64,000 nt of DNA, taken from NCBI GenBank assembly GCA_034670305.1, contig JAXMNT010000025.1, forward strand, positions 32,001 through 96,000. The letters run 5' to 3'. The DNA is from Deltaproteobacteria bacterium. Lineage in GTDB: Bacteria; Myxococcota_A; Polyangia; Polyangiales; Houyiibacteriaceae. Position 1 is the first letter of the stretch; each line of letters starts with the position of its first letter. Shown here one piece after another: positions 29,293 through 39,018 of this stretch. The position numbers and the translations under genes are program-made. Under the pieces are notes generated by a model. The model made no database searches. It was not told the DNA's origin and worked only from the letters and a program-made list of their open reading frames with translations.

Positions 29293-31182
29293 ATGAAGGG
29301 TCAATTGATGAATCGAGTGTTCCAGGGTTTTGGGTTCGTGGTCGCGCTGGGGATGTTCGCGTCGCCAGCGCTGGGTCAGGGCAATCAGCCGTCGACCACG
29401 CTCAATCAGTTCCATCCCTCCCAAACCGTGGAGGATGGGTTCGCGCTCAGCCGGCCCGACGACCTGGGTCATCTCCGGTTCGGCGCCCAATTGCACCTCG
29501 ACTACGCCAACGACCCACTCGTCTACGAGAGCGACCTCGGGGACTCGAGCTCCGAGTCCCAGCACATCGTGCGTCACCAGCTCACCGGCACCCTTGGGCT
29601 CTCGCTCGGGGTGCTCGATCGTCTGGTCATCTACGCCGGGTTGCCCATCAACCTCGTGATGTCCGGCGACGACACGATGCTGCCGATGGGTGTCGCGGCG
29701 ACCGATGGCGCTGGCCTCGGTGACGCCTACCTGGGCGCCCGCATCCGCCTCTTCGGCGAATGGAACGAAGCCATCGCGCTCGCCCTGCAGATCACCGCGA
29801 CCTTCCCGAGCGGCGGTGGGGTGTACCGGGGCGACGAGACACTCACCCTTCATCCCCAGCTCCTCTTCGAGGCGCGCGCGGCGGACAAGGTGCGTCTGAC
29901 GGTGAACGTCGGCGCCCGACTCGGCGAAGACCAGACCTTGCTCGGCGATGTTCGGGTCGGCGACGCGTTGACCTTCGGGCTCGGTGTGACGGCGTCCCTC
30001 GTCGGGACCTACACGCGCCCCGATGAGACCCGGCTCGACCTGCACGCGCAGGTGTTCGGCTCCTCCTTCTTCGGGGACTTCTTCGGCGGTGAAGAGACGC
30101 CGCTCGAAGCCCTCGCTGGCCTGAAGCTCCACCTCGGAAACGGGCTGGTCGTGGGCGCGGCCGGTGGCGCGGGCATTCACCGCAGCTACGGCACCCCCGA
30201 TGCGCGTGCGGTCTTGAACCTCGGCTGGGGCCAGGTCCGTGAGGTCGAAGAAGAGCCCGAGCCCGTGGCGGCCGACACGGACCGCGACGGCATCCTCGAC
30301 GACGTCGACGAGTGCCCGACCGAGGCCGAAGACCTCGACGGATTCGAAGACGAAGACGGCTGTCCGGACCCGGACAACGACCAGGATCAGGTCCCGGACA
30401 CGACGGATGAGTGTCCGAACGAGCCCGAGGATCGCGACGGGTTCGAGGACGAGAACGGCTGCCCCGATCCCGACAACGACGGCGACGGCATCCCGGACAC
30501 GACCGACCAGTGCAAGGACCAAGCAGAGGACATGGACGGCTTCGAAGACGAAGACGGCTGTCCCGAGGCGGACAACGACGAGGACGGACTCGTGGACGCG
30601 GCCGACCGCTGTCCCAACGAAGCCGGCCCGCCCGAGAACCAGGGCTGCCCCGACACCGACCGCGATGGCGACACCGTCGTCGACCGGCTCGACAACTGCC
30701 CCGACGAACCAGGCACTGTGGAGAACCAGGGCTGCCGGGCACGGCAGCGGGTCCGCATCACGGAGGGCGCGCTCGAGATCTTGGACAAGGTCTACTTCGC
30801 GACCAACCGGGACGTGATCCAGCGCCGCTCGTTCCCGCTTCTGAACAACGTGGCCGCGGTGCTCAACAACCACCCGGAGATCCTGCACATCCGTGTCGAG
30901 GGCCACACCGACGATCGCGGCGACGACAACTACAACCTGGATCTCAGCCAGCGGCGGGCCGCCGCGGTCGTGACCTACCTCGTCGAGCGCGGCGAAGTCG
31001 ACGCGTCTCGATTGGTGGCGCAGGGCTTCGGCGAGACCCGGCCCATCGAGCCGAACGAGAGCCGCACTGGACGGGCCGCCAACCGGCGGGTCGAGTTCAA
31101 CATCATCCAGGATGGCGAGTCACAGGGCGCCACCGTGCCTGAAACCCCGGCGCAGCCCCCTGCGGAGACGCCCGCGGAGTAG
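29293..31182 (+). CDS. OmpA-family outer membrane protein with thrombospondin type-3 repeats
   Basis: N-terminal beta-barrel; repeated DxDxDGIxDxxDxCP..EDxDGFEDEDGCPD; OmpA C domain (EGHTD, LSQRRA, NRRVEF). Confidence 0.93.
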   Translation: MKGQLMNRVFQGFGFVVALGMFASPALGQGNQPSTTLNQFHPSQTVEDGFALSRPDDLGHLRFGAQLHLDYANDPLVYESDLGDSSSESQHIVRHQLTGTLGLSLGVLDRLVIYAGLPINLVMSGDDTMLPMGVAATDGAGLGDAYLGARIRLFGEWNEAIALALQITATFPSGGGVYRGDETLTLHPQLLFEARAADKVRLTVNVGARLGEDQTLLGDVRVGDALTFGLGVTASLVGTYTRPDETRLDLHAQVFGSSFFGDFFGGEETPLEALAGLKLHLGNGLVVGAAGGAGIHRSYGTPDARAVLNLGWGQVREVEEEPEPVAADTDRDGILDDVDECPTEAEDLDGFEDEDGCPDPDNDQDQVPDTTDECPNEPEDRDGFEDENGCPDPDNDGDGIPDTTDQCKDQAEDMDGFEDEDGCPEADNDEDGLVDAADRCPNEAGPPENQGCPDTDRDGDTVVDRLDNCPDEPGTVENQGCRARQRVRITEGALEILDKVYFATNRDVIQRRSFPLLNNVAAVLNNHPEILHIRVEGHTDDRGDDNYNLDLSQRRAAAVVTYLVERGEVDASRLVAQGFGETRPIEPNESRTGRAANRRVEFNIIQDGESQGATVPETPAQPPAETPAE

Positions 31183-31205
31183 TCGACACACAGACTCGAG
31201 AAGGG

Positions 31206-31240
31206 GAGCCGGGCGACATGGTCGTTCGGCTCTTTTTCTT
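31206..31240 (+). terminator. Rho-independent terminator after the OmpA gene
   Basis: GAGCCGGGCGAC-ATG-GTCGTTCGGCTC stem (with G-U pairs) followed by TTTTTCTT. Confidence 0.75.
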
Positions 31241-31291
31241 GCTCTGCGGGTCCTCACGCGTGGCCTGCCTCACAAGGGGTACCACCGAGAT

Positions 31292-32911
31292 ATGAGCGAC
31301 GGCATCTACCAGGTTCCCCTCCCCGACAACGCGCCCGTGACGGCGTTCGAACCAGATTCGAAAGAGCGGGCGAAGCTCGACGCGGCGCTGCAATCGATGG
31401 CGGGGGAGCGCATCGAGATCCCAGCCGTGGTCGACGGCAAAGCCGTGACCGGTGGCAAGACGAGCGAGGTGGTCATGCCGCACGACCACGGGCATGTGCT
31501 CGCGACGTTGCACCACGCGAGCGCCGACACCGTGCGCGAGGCCATCGCGGGCGCGATGAAGGTCGCGCCGATGTGGGCCGCGATGCCGTTCGAAGAGCGC
31601 GCGGCGATCTTCCTGCGCGCCGCGCGTCTGCTCGAGACCACCTGGCGCATGCGCATCAACGCGTCGTGCATGCTCGGTCAGTCGAAGACCTGTCACCAGG
31701 CCGAGATCGACGCCGCGTGCGAGCTCATCGACTTCTTCAAGTTCAATGTGGCGTTTGCGCAGCAGATTCGATCGGTGCAGCCGATCTCGTCGCCGGGGAT
31801 CTGGAACCGCTCCGACTACCGGCCGCTCGAAGGCTTCGTGCTCGCGATCACGCCGTTCAACTTCCTGTCGATCGCCGTGAACCTCGCCGCCGCGCCCGCG
31901 CTGATGGGCAACGTCGTGCTCTGGAAACCGAGCAGCACCTCGGCGCTCGGCTGTCACTACGGGCTCGAACTCCTGAAGGCGGCTGGGCTTCCGGATGGGG
32001 TGATTCAGCTCATCCCCGGCGACGGCCCCGAACAGGGCACCGCCGCGCTCGAGAGCGAACACCTCGCGGGCATTCACTTCACCGGATCGACGGGGACGTT
32101 CCGCCACCTCTACCGGGGTGTGGCCGAGCGGCTCGAGTCCTACCGGACGATTCCGCGCGTGATCGGCGAGACCGGCGGCAAAGACTTCATCGTCATGCAC
32201 CCGAGCGCGGACGTGGCCACCTGCGCCACAGCCGTGGTGCGGGGCGGCTACGAGTACCAGGGACAGAAGTGTTCTGCTGCGTCGCGGCTCTACGTGCCGA
32301 AGTCGATGTGGGCCGAGCTCTCCGAGCGGGTGGCCGCCGAGCTGAAGCACGTGAAGGTCGGCGACCCCTGCGACCCGAAGAACTTCCTCGGCGCGGTCAT
32401 CGACGAGCGCGCGTTCGATCGCATCAGCGGCTACCAGAAGCTCGCGAAGGAGACCGCGTCCATCGTGGCCGGAGGCACGTCGGACAAGAGCCGGGGCTAC
32501 TTCGTCGACCCGACGCTCGTGAAGGTGGACGACCCGCACCACCGGTTGATGGAAGAAGAGATCTTCGGACCGGTCGTCACCGCGTATGTGTACGACGACG
32601 ACCAGTGGGCCGAGACCCTGGATCTGGTGGACTCGACTTCGCCCTACGCGCTGACCGGCGCCGTGTTCGCACGCGATCGGTCCGCGGTGATCGACGCGAT
32701 GGAGCGGCTCCGCAACGCCGCCGGCAACTTCTACGTGAACGACAAACCCACCGGCGCGGTCGTGGGCCAGCAGCCGTTCGGCGGCGCCCGCGCGAGCGGG
32801 ACGAACGACAAGGCCGGCGCGATGTGGAACCTGCTTCGCTGGGTGAGCCCACGTTCGATCAAAGAGAACCTCGCGCCCCCGACGGACTGGCGTTACCCGT
32901 TTTTGGGGTAG
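31292..32911 (+). CDS. pruA: L-glutamate gamma-semialdehyde (P5C) dehydrogenase
   Basis: MLGQSKT, QAEIDAACELIDF, YRPLEGFV, FTGST, GETGGKDF, EYQGQKCSA, GNFYVNDKPTGAVVGQQPFGGARASGTNDKAG. Confidence 0.95.
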   Translation: MSDGIYQVPLPDNAPVTAFEPDSKERAKLDAALQSMAGERIEIPAVVDGKAVTGGKTSEVVMPHDHGHVLATLHHASADTVREAIAGAMKVAPMWAAMPFEERAAIFLRAARLLETTWRMRINASCMLGQSKTCHQAEIDAACELIDFFKFNVAFAQQIRSVQPISSPGIWNRSDYRPLEGFVLAITPFNFLSIAVNLAAAPALMGNVVLWKPSSTSALGCHYGLELLKAAGLPDGVIQLIPGDGPEQGTAALESEHLAGIHFTGSTGTFRHLYRGVAERLESYRTIPRVIGETGGKDFIVMHPSADVATCATAVVRGGYEYQGQKCSAASRLYVPKSMWAELSERVAAELKHVKVGDPCDPKNFLGAVIDERAFDRISGYQKLAKETASIVAGGTSDKSRGYFVDPTLVKVDDPHHRLMEEEIFGPVVTAYVYDDDQWAETLDLVDSTSPYALTGAVFARDRSAVIDAMERLRNAAGNFYVNDKPTGAVVGQQPFGGARASGTNDKAGAMWNLLRWVSPRSIKENLAPPTDWRYPFLG

Positions 32912-32927
32912 GGGCGCACGCGACGCG

Positions 32928-33161
32928 ATGACCGAAACCGACGACGAGTCGGCGTCAGAAGACGTCGCCGAGCCGGTGACCGACGGTGCGTCGTCCTTGG
33001 CGTCCGCGGAGCCAGAGCCGGCGACGCGCAACCCGATGCTGGTCCTCGCCATCGGGGTGCCGGTGGTGTTGCTCACGTGGTTGCTGTGGCGGTGGATGTA
33101 CATGGGAGAGCCGTACATCCCGAAGCGGGTGGCGCCTCCCGACCATGCGGCGCCGCGCTGA
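32928..33161 (+). CDS. Small single-pass membrane protein (77 aa)
   Basis: Acidic N-terminus, one TM helix ([17 protein letters not shown]); 16 bp after pruA. Confidence 0.65.
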   Translation: MTETDDESASEDVAEPVTDGASSLASAEPEPATRNPMLVLAIGVPVVLLTWLLWRWMYMGEPYIPKRVAPPDHAAPR

Positions 33162-33172
33162 GGGCCTGCGGC

Positions 33173-33510
<338 letters not shown>

Positions 33511-33523
33511 TGCCTCCAGCGGT

Positions 33524-33631
33524 GCGCCCCTTCTCGCGGAGGTTGGTGCTGGCCCGATGGATGATCCAGCGTAGCGGTCGGCGGGGCGGCGCCTCAAAGG
33601 AGGTCTTCGTGGCCGCTCCGCCGACGCCGCT
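33524..33631. other. Conserved structured non-coding motif B, copy 1
   Basis: GCGCCCCTTCTCG..GAGGTTGG..CGTAGCGGTC..GGGCGGCGCC..AAAGGAGGYCTTCG shared with 45686-45769; helix 33573-33590/33612-33631. Confidence 0.7.
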
Positions 33632-33669
33632 CCGCTGACGCCGAAGGCCGCGGCCCGTGCCGTTTGTGG

Positions 33670-34665
33670 TCAGGCGCGGACGGCGTCGGGGGCGTGGGTC
33701 AACGCGTCTGCGTATCGGCGCACGATGGTTTCTACGGACTCGATCTCTCGAACCCCGCTCACGCTCTGGCCGGCCTGGAAGTAGTCGCGGTAGCTGCCGC
33801 CTTTGGTCGAGGCCTGCTTGAGCTGCCAGATGCTCTTCGCGGTGTAGAACATGCGGGCGTAGTGCTTGAGCTTCGGGTGGCGGAGCATTCGTTTCATCAC
33901 GAAGCCCGCTTTGGTGCCGACCTTCTTCACGTACTCGGTCTCGATCACCGCGACGGGCACGCCGGAGATCTTGTCGGTCAGCACGATGTCGTGCGCCTGC
34001 GCTTTGAGGATGGCGCGTTTGTAGTCGTCGTGCGCGTGGCACTCCTCGGTGGCGATGAACCGGGTGCCCATCTGCACTGCCGCGTAGCCGAGTCCGAGCA
34101 TGCGCGCGAAGGTCTGTTCGTCGCCCACGCCGCCGGCGCACACGAGCGGCACGCCGAGGTCGCCGAGCTCTTCGATGAGCCGCTCCGGCGCTTGTTCGCC
34201 AGCGTGGCCGCCGGCCTGGCGGTTCACGCAGATGAGTCCGTCCACCCCCGCGTCGAGCGCCTTCTGGGCCCACTTGCGCTCGGTCACGTCGTGGTAGACG
34301 ACGCCGCCCACCGAGTGCACCAGTTCCACCACCCAGTCCGGGTTGCCGAGCGCGGTGACGAAGAAACGCACGCCCTCGTCGAGCGCGATGTCCACCCAGC
34401 GCTTCATGCGGTCCAAGTACACCTGCGAGCTCTTCTCGACGATGGCGTTGAACCCGATCGGCTTGTCGGTGGTGCGGCGGATGAGCCGGATGCCTTCCCG
34501 CAGCTCGTGTTTGTGCACGAACGACATCGAGATCGGCTGGATGACCCCCATGCCGCCGGCTTTCGCGACCGCGGCGATGAGCTCGGGGTTGGAGCAGGGG
34601 TACATCGCGCCACAGATGAGCGGGACGTCGACGCCGGTGTGTTTCAGAAACGCGTTCTCGGACAT
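33670..34665 (-). CDS. Nitronate monooxygenase / FabK-like FMN oxidoreductase
   Basis: PLICGAM, AGGMG, AGGHAG, LVCAGGVG, AVQMGTRFIATEEC, QAGQSV. Confidence 0.92.
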   Translation of the reverse strand: MSENAFLKHTGVDVPLICGAMYPCSNPELIAAVAKAGGMGVIQPISMSFVHKHELREGIRLIRRTTDKPIGFNAIVEKSSQVYLDRMKRWVDIALDEGVRFFVTALGNPDWVVELVHSVGGVVYHDVTERKWAQKALDAGVDGLICVNRQAGGHAGEQAPERLIEELGDLGVPLVCAGGVGDEQTFARMLGLGYAAVQMGTRFIATEECHAHDDYKRAILKAQAHDIVLTDKISGVPVAVIETEYVKKVGTKAGFVMKRMLRHPKLKHYARMFYTAKSIWQLKQASTKGGSYRDYFQAGQSVSGVREIESVETIVRRYADALTHAPDAVRA

Positions 34666-34772
34666 GCGGCGGCATAGCAGGCCACATCCCGGCGCGCGAC
34701 GCGCATCCGCGGCCAAGGAGGGGTGTGCCGTAGGGCGGCCGACTCGTGCACTTCCTGTTGAAGCCCGCGCCG

Positions 34773-35354
34773 TCAGCCGCGCTGCCGGTCCAAGCCGTCG
34801 ACCCGCCGGTAGGGGACGTGTTTGTAGTACTTGGGCCGGGGGTCGAGCCGCACATGCAGCCAGAACACGCCGAGCCCCGCGGTGCTCAGCCACATCGAGC
34901 GGGTGCTCAGCCGCTCCTTCACCGCGAGACCCACTGCGCTCCACAAGGCGTCCACTTGGTCGTCCGGTGCACCCCGCAGGAAGGCTGCCAGGTGCAGGTA
35001 CACGGGCGGGTCCACCCGAGGGCAGGGCACGACCAGCACCGCGTCGCCCGCCAGGTTGGGGAAGGACACCACGGGTGCCGTCGAGAAGTGCGTGGAGAAC
35101 GCATTTGGGTTGGGCGTGCGGCCCTGGAAACTCGGCGCGTCGACGAGCACACACTCGAAGGGCTGGTCGGTCGTATCGAGCCGAACCGGAGGCGTCTCGA
35201 AGAAGAACGCGTCCCATCGGCTCGCTCGGAGCGCCTCCGCGAACTCGGAACGAAAGGAGGCGTCGCCAATCCAGCGGTCGACAACTTCCGCGTAGGTCGC
35301 GTCGAACCGAAGCCGTTCGGTGCGTTCGGAAAGGAGCCCGCGTTCGATCTTCAT
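34773..35354 (-). CDS. Conserved hypothetical protein (DUF6940-like)
   Basis: FFFETPP, FPNLAGDAVLVVP, YLHLAAFLR, WLSTAGLGVFWLHVRLDPRPKYY; family name recalled from memory. Confidence 0.8.
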   Translation of the reverse strand: MKIERGLLSERTERLRFDATYAEVVDRWIGDASFRSEFAEALRASRWDAFFFETPPVRLDTTDQPFECVLVDAPSFQGRTPNPNAFSTHFSTAPVVSFPNLAGDAVLVVPCPRVDPPVYLHLAAFLRGAPDDQVDALWSAVGLAVKERLSTRSMWLSTAGLGVFWLHVRLDPRPKYYKHVPYRRVDGLDRQRG

Positions 35355-35364
35355 CGCTTCGACG

Positions 35365-35919
35365 TCAGTAGCGGGCGACGTGCGAGATGGGGGCGGGAGA
35401 CTGGAGCAGGAAGAAGCTCGGCGTCGTGCGCGACGTGAAGCCGAGGTCGAGGTAGCTCCACCCGAAGAGCAGCGACGCGTCGCCCTCATGAACGGAGACC
35501 AGTGGATCCCGCAGCCGCGACAGATGCGGCGGGTTCGGGCGGGCGCCGTAGTCCAGCATCAGCGCCTGGTCCGCGCGCACCTGACCGCCGCGCCGCTTCG
35601 GAAGCCGGTACGCGTCCATCGGGAAGACGCCGTAGGGACCGAAGGTGAAAGGCGCGCCCTTCTTCTCCATCGGCCGGTCTGGCTGTTCGAGTCCGTTTTG
35701 CCGCAGGCGGGTGTTCCAACCCATCAGGGCGCCGGTTTCGTCGCGGTGAAACGACTTGCGGAACTTTTTCCAGCTCAGTCGCTCCACCCACCCGGGCACG
35801 CCCAGACTCACGCCTCGGTACTCGTGCTCGGCGATCGCGTCCGGCGACACGCGGTGGCCTTCCGCGAGCAAGCGGTACAGGCCATCGGTCGTGAGGGCGT
35901 AGACGTCTTCGGGAGTCAT
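35365..35919 (-). CDS. Hypothetical protein (184 aa)
   Basis: ORF co-oriented in a tight run; motifs YRGVSLG, WKKFRKSF, GWN, LDYG, LRDPLV. Confidence 0.8.
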   Translation of the reverse strand: MTPEDVYALTTDGLYRLLAEGHRVSPDAIAEHEYRGVSLGVPGWVERLSWKKFRKSFHRDETGALMGWNTRLRQNGLEQPDRPMEKKGAPFTFGPYGVFPMDAYRLPKRRGGQVRADQALMLDYGARPNPPHLSRLRDPLVSVHEGDASLLFGWSYLDLGFTSRTTPSFFLLQSPAPISHVARY

Positions 35920-35940
35920 GCGCTGGATCTCAGAAACAGC

Positions 35941-37260
35941 TCAGATGAAGAGCGTGTCGCAGCCGAACTGCACCGCGACGCCGGCCGAGCCAGTGTCGCG
36001 AAGGACCTCTTGGGCCATCTCGCAGCTGGCTGGGCACAGGATGACCGTCGTCGGCTCGTCGTCGTTGTCGTAGTACCAGCCGCCGAAGGTGCCGCAGGCG
36101 GCTGCGTTCTCGACCTTGCGGAACGCGGTCGCGTCGCCTTCGGTCTGCAGCAGCACGTTGACCTTGTCCGCGTCGATCATCATGCCGTCGGGCGGGGTCG
36201 GGATCGGCACTTCGCAGTTGATGCGCGCGGTGTCTTCGACCCGGCTCGCGACGGCATCGAAGAAGGTGTCCCACGCGCTCGAGCTGGCCTGGTCACAGAC
36301 CTGGGCGCGCACGCCGCCGGTGCGTTCGACGAGCGCGGTGTACGTCCAGCCCGGGTTCTCCGGGGTCGAGTCGTCCGGGTAGGTGCAGGTCACATCCGGG
36401 TTGGATTCGGAGCCCCAGCCGTAGATCCCGTTGAACGTGTAGCCTTCGAAGAGCGTGCCGTAGGTGTCGGTGAGGATGCCCGGTCCGAGCACGTTGCCGT
36501 TGAACGGGTTGCCGCCGCCCGGGAAGTCCTCGAGGGAGATCTCGGTCAAGCGCGGGTCGCTCGGCTGGCACATGCTGCCGCAGCCCTCGGTCGTGCAGGG
36601 GCGGGTGCAGGTGCGTGAGTTGTCGTCGCTCGCGATGACGATCGTCTTCGTCGAGTCGGCGCGAAGTTGGTCCAGCCACGGCACCGAGCCGCGGGCTTCG
36701 CCTTCGCGGTAGCCCTCGGTCTGTCCGAGCGTGCCGAGGAACGTCTCGACCAGCTGCGTGGATCGAATGTCGACGCTCGCATGGAAGAAACGGTCGTTGT
36801 TGCCGCAGCTGCCGTCACCGGCCAGGGGGGGCGGAATGCAGACGGGGAACCGGTCGCCGCCGCCGTCGGTGCCGCGGAGGGAGAGCATGATGACGCGGTA
36901 GTCGAGTCCACTGTCGCCGATGCGGGCGGCGAAGTCGTTCAAGCCAGCGGTCACTTCGCGGACCGCGGGCTCCATGCTGGTCGAGTTGTCGACCATCCAG
37001 ATGATGTCGACCGGCCGGCGGGAGACTTCCGCTTCCGAAGTCGCGGTCGCGCACGCGGCGTCCGGATCGAAGGGGCTGTCGGGGATCATCACGTCCCGCC
37101 CGGGTGCGTCGACCGCGCCATCGGCGCCGCCTCCGTCTCGGGACGGGCGCCGATCGTCGTCGCCGCACGCGGTGAGCATCGAAGACGCCACGATCAGGCC
37201 GACCAGCGTGCGGCCAAAACGCGTCGACCACGACGCAAACTTCAGTTCAAGTCCAAGCAC
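35941..37260 (-). CDS. VWA-domain lipoprotein (myxobacterial type)
   Basis: Lipobox MLTAC; PVDIIWMVDNSTSM (MIDAS DxSxS); Cys-rich C-terminal domain GWYYDN..ILCPASC. Start uncertain. Confidence 0.85.
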   Translation of the reverse strand: MLGLELKFASWSTRFGRTLVGLIVASSMLTACGDDDRRPSRDGGGADGAVDAPGRDVMIPDSPFDPDAACATATSEAEVSRRPVDIIWMVDNSTSMEPAVREVTAGLNDFAARIGDSGLDYRVIMLSLRGTDGGGDRFPVCIPPPLAGDGSCGNNDRFFHASVDIRSTQLVETFLGTLGQTEGYREGEARGSVPWLDQLRADSTKTIVIASDDNSRTCTRPCTTEGCGSMCQPSDPRLTEISLEDFPGGGNPFNGNVLGPGILTDTYGTLFEGYTFNGIYGWGSESNPDVTCTYPDDSTPENPGWTYTALVERTGGVRAQVCDQASSSAWDTFFDAVASRVEDTARINCEVPIPTPPDGMMIDADKVNVLLQTEGDATAFRKVENAAACGTFGGWYYDNDDEPTTVILCPASCEMAQEVLRDTGSAGVAVQFGCDTLFI

Positions 37261-37371
37261 CCTAGGCTCATAGCCAACAATCCCGGCAACGTCGACGCGA
37301 CCCCATCGGTTGGCTCAGAAACCCTACAAACTGAGTTTGCCGGCAGTTGCGGCCTCGGGCAGAGTCGCGCG

Positions 37372-38232
37372 GTGCACGTGCTGCAAGATGCGTCGATTGC
37401 TGGCGTCTGGCGGGTGGGCCCAACCGGGTCGGCGCCCGAAGCCTTTCCACGGCCCTGGATCGGGGTGCTCGCGGGTCTGCACGGAGACGAACCGTGCGGC
37501 GTCGAAGCGCTTGCGGCGTTGCGGGACCGCTTCGCGACGACGGATCTGCTGCGCGGCTCGCTCGTGTTGATCCACGGCAACCTCGCCGCGAAGGGCACCC
37601 GCCACACCGACGGTGGCGTGGACTTGAACCGGGTCTTCGATCTCTCGTTCCGCGAGTCGCTCCCGGAAGCCGAGTGGTGCAGCGAACACCGCCGCGCACT
37701 CGAGCTCGCACCGGTCTTGGACGAGCTCGACGGGGCGCTGGATCTTCACTCGGCGAGCGCGCCGACCGAACCCTTCGCGATCGCGATGCGCGGCGGGGTG
37801 GACGTGGCGCGCGGGCTCGGGCTCGAGTTCGTCACCCACGGCTGGGAAGACTCCAGCGACATCGCCGAAGGCGTCGCGGTCTCGCGGGTGGCGCGGCGCG
37901 GCTTGCCGGCCATGGGTGTGGAGTGCGGCAGCCACGCCGATCCATCCGGGCTCGCGACCGCACTGCGCGTCGTCGATGGGTTCCTCGGAACGCTCGGACT
38001 GCTGCCGCCCGTCTCGACGCCGCATGCGGAACCCAAGGTCCTCGAGATCTTCGCCTCCATCCCGCGACCGGATGCGGACTGGCGCTTCGCACAGCCGCTG
38101 CTCGGGTTCGCGAAGCTCAGCGAGGGCGACTTGATCGGTCCGGGCGTCGTCGCGCCGAAGGATTGCGTCGCGCTCTTGCCCAACGACCAGGTCGACGTCG
38201 GCAAACCCTGCCTCTACCTCGCGCACCCGTGA
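37372..38232 (+). CDS. Succinylglutamate desuccinylase/aspartoacylase family (M14-like) hydrolase
   Basis: GLHGDEPCG, DLNRVF, LDLHS, VECG motifs. Confidence 0.85.
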   Translation: MHVLQDASIAGVWRVGPTGSAPEAFPRPWIGVLAGLHGDEPCGVEALAALRDRFATTDLLRGSLVLIHGNLAAKGTRHTDGGVDLNRVFDLSFRESLPEAEWCSEHRRALELAPVLDELDGALDLHSASAPTEPFAIAMRGGVDVARGLGLEFVTHGWEDSSDIAEGVAVSRVARRGLPAMGVECGSHADPSGLATALRVVDGFLGTLGLLPPVSTPHAEPKVLEIFASIPRPDADWRFAQPLLGFAKLSEGDLIGPGVVAPKDCVALLPNDQVDVGKPCLYLAHP

Positions 38233-38996
38233 AACTCGAACTCGATCCCATCGGCGTGGTGCGCAGTCCGTTCGCCGAACGACGGGATGCACCGAGGCAA
38301 CCTCGGGTGGCGGCCGACGCCAAGGGCACCATCGAGCTGCGCGCCGACATGGCGGACGCCGTGCTCGACCTCGACGGCTGGCCGTACCTCTGGGTGCTGT
38401 TCTGGTTTCACCTCAACGAGACCTGGCGGCCCCGCGTCACCCCGCCGCGCAGCTCCAAGAAACGTGGCGTGCTCGCCACCCGTTCCCCCTACCGGCCGAA
38501 TCCACTCGGCCTGAGCGTCGTGCGGCTCGAGCGCGTGGAGGGCCGCGTGCTGCACGTCGCCGAACTCGACATGCTCGACGGCACCCCCGTGTTCGACATC
38601 AAACCCTACCTGGCCTGGTCCGACGCGATCCCCGACGCCGGCGGCGGCTGGCTCGACGACGAGGAACACGCGGTGACCGGCGGCCCGCGGCCCCCCGACC
38701 CGAAACGCACGTGGACGGTGACCTTCAGCGACCGGGCGCGCGGGCAGCTCGCATGGCTCGCAGCCCGCGGCGTGGAGCTCGAGTCCGACCTCGCCGCCGC
38801 CCTCTCGCTCGGACCCGAGCCGCACGCCTACCGCCGCATCAAGAAGGACGGCGACGCGATGCGCATCGCGGTCAAAGAATGGCGCGCGCGGTTTCGCACC
38901 GAAGACCGGACCATCGAAGTCTTGGAACTTCAAAGCGGCTTCCGCCGCAAAGAACGCCCGCCGCTGCATCGAGACTTCGACACCGAAGTCGGCTGA
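38229..38996 (+). CDS. tsaA: tRNA m6t6A37 methyltransferase TrmO
   Basis: PIGVVRSPF, PRQP, LWVLFWFH, GVLATRSPYRPNPLGLS, LDMLDGTPVFDIKPY; GTGA overlap. Confidence 0.92.
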   Translation: MKLELDPIGVVRSPFAERRDAPRQPRVAADAKGTIELRADMADAVLDLDGWPYLWVLFWFHLNETWRPRVTPPRSSKKRGVLATRSPYRPNPLGLSVVRLERVEGRVLHVAELDMLDGTPVFDIKPYLAWSDAIPDAGGGWLDDEEHAVTGGPRPPDPKRTWTVTFSDRARGQLAWLAARGVELESDLAAALSLGPEPHAYRRIKKDGDAMRIAVKEWRARFRTEDRTIEVLELQSGFRRKERPPLHRDFDTEVG

Positions 38997-39018
38997 CTAC
39001 CGTCGATCGCAGGACGGA

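Noticed and set aside
30270-30740. Repetitive GAC/GAG-rich DNA in the OmpA gene
   Set aside because: Explained by thrombospondin type-3 calcium-binding repeats, which are ordinary for myxobacterial OmpA proteins.
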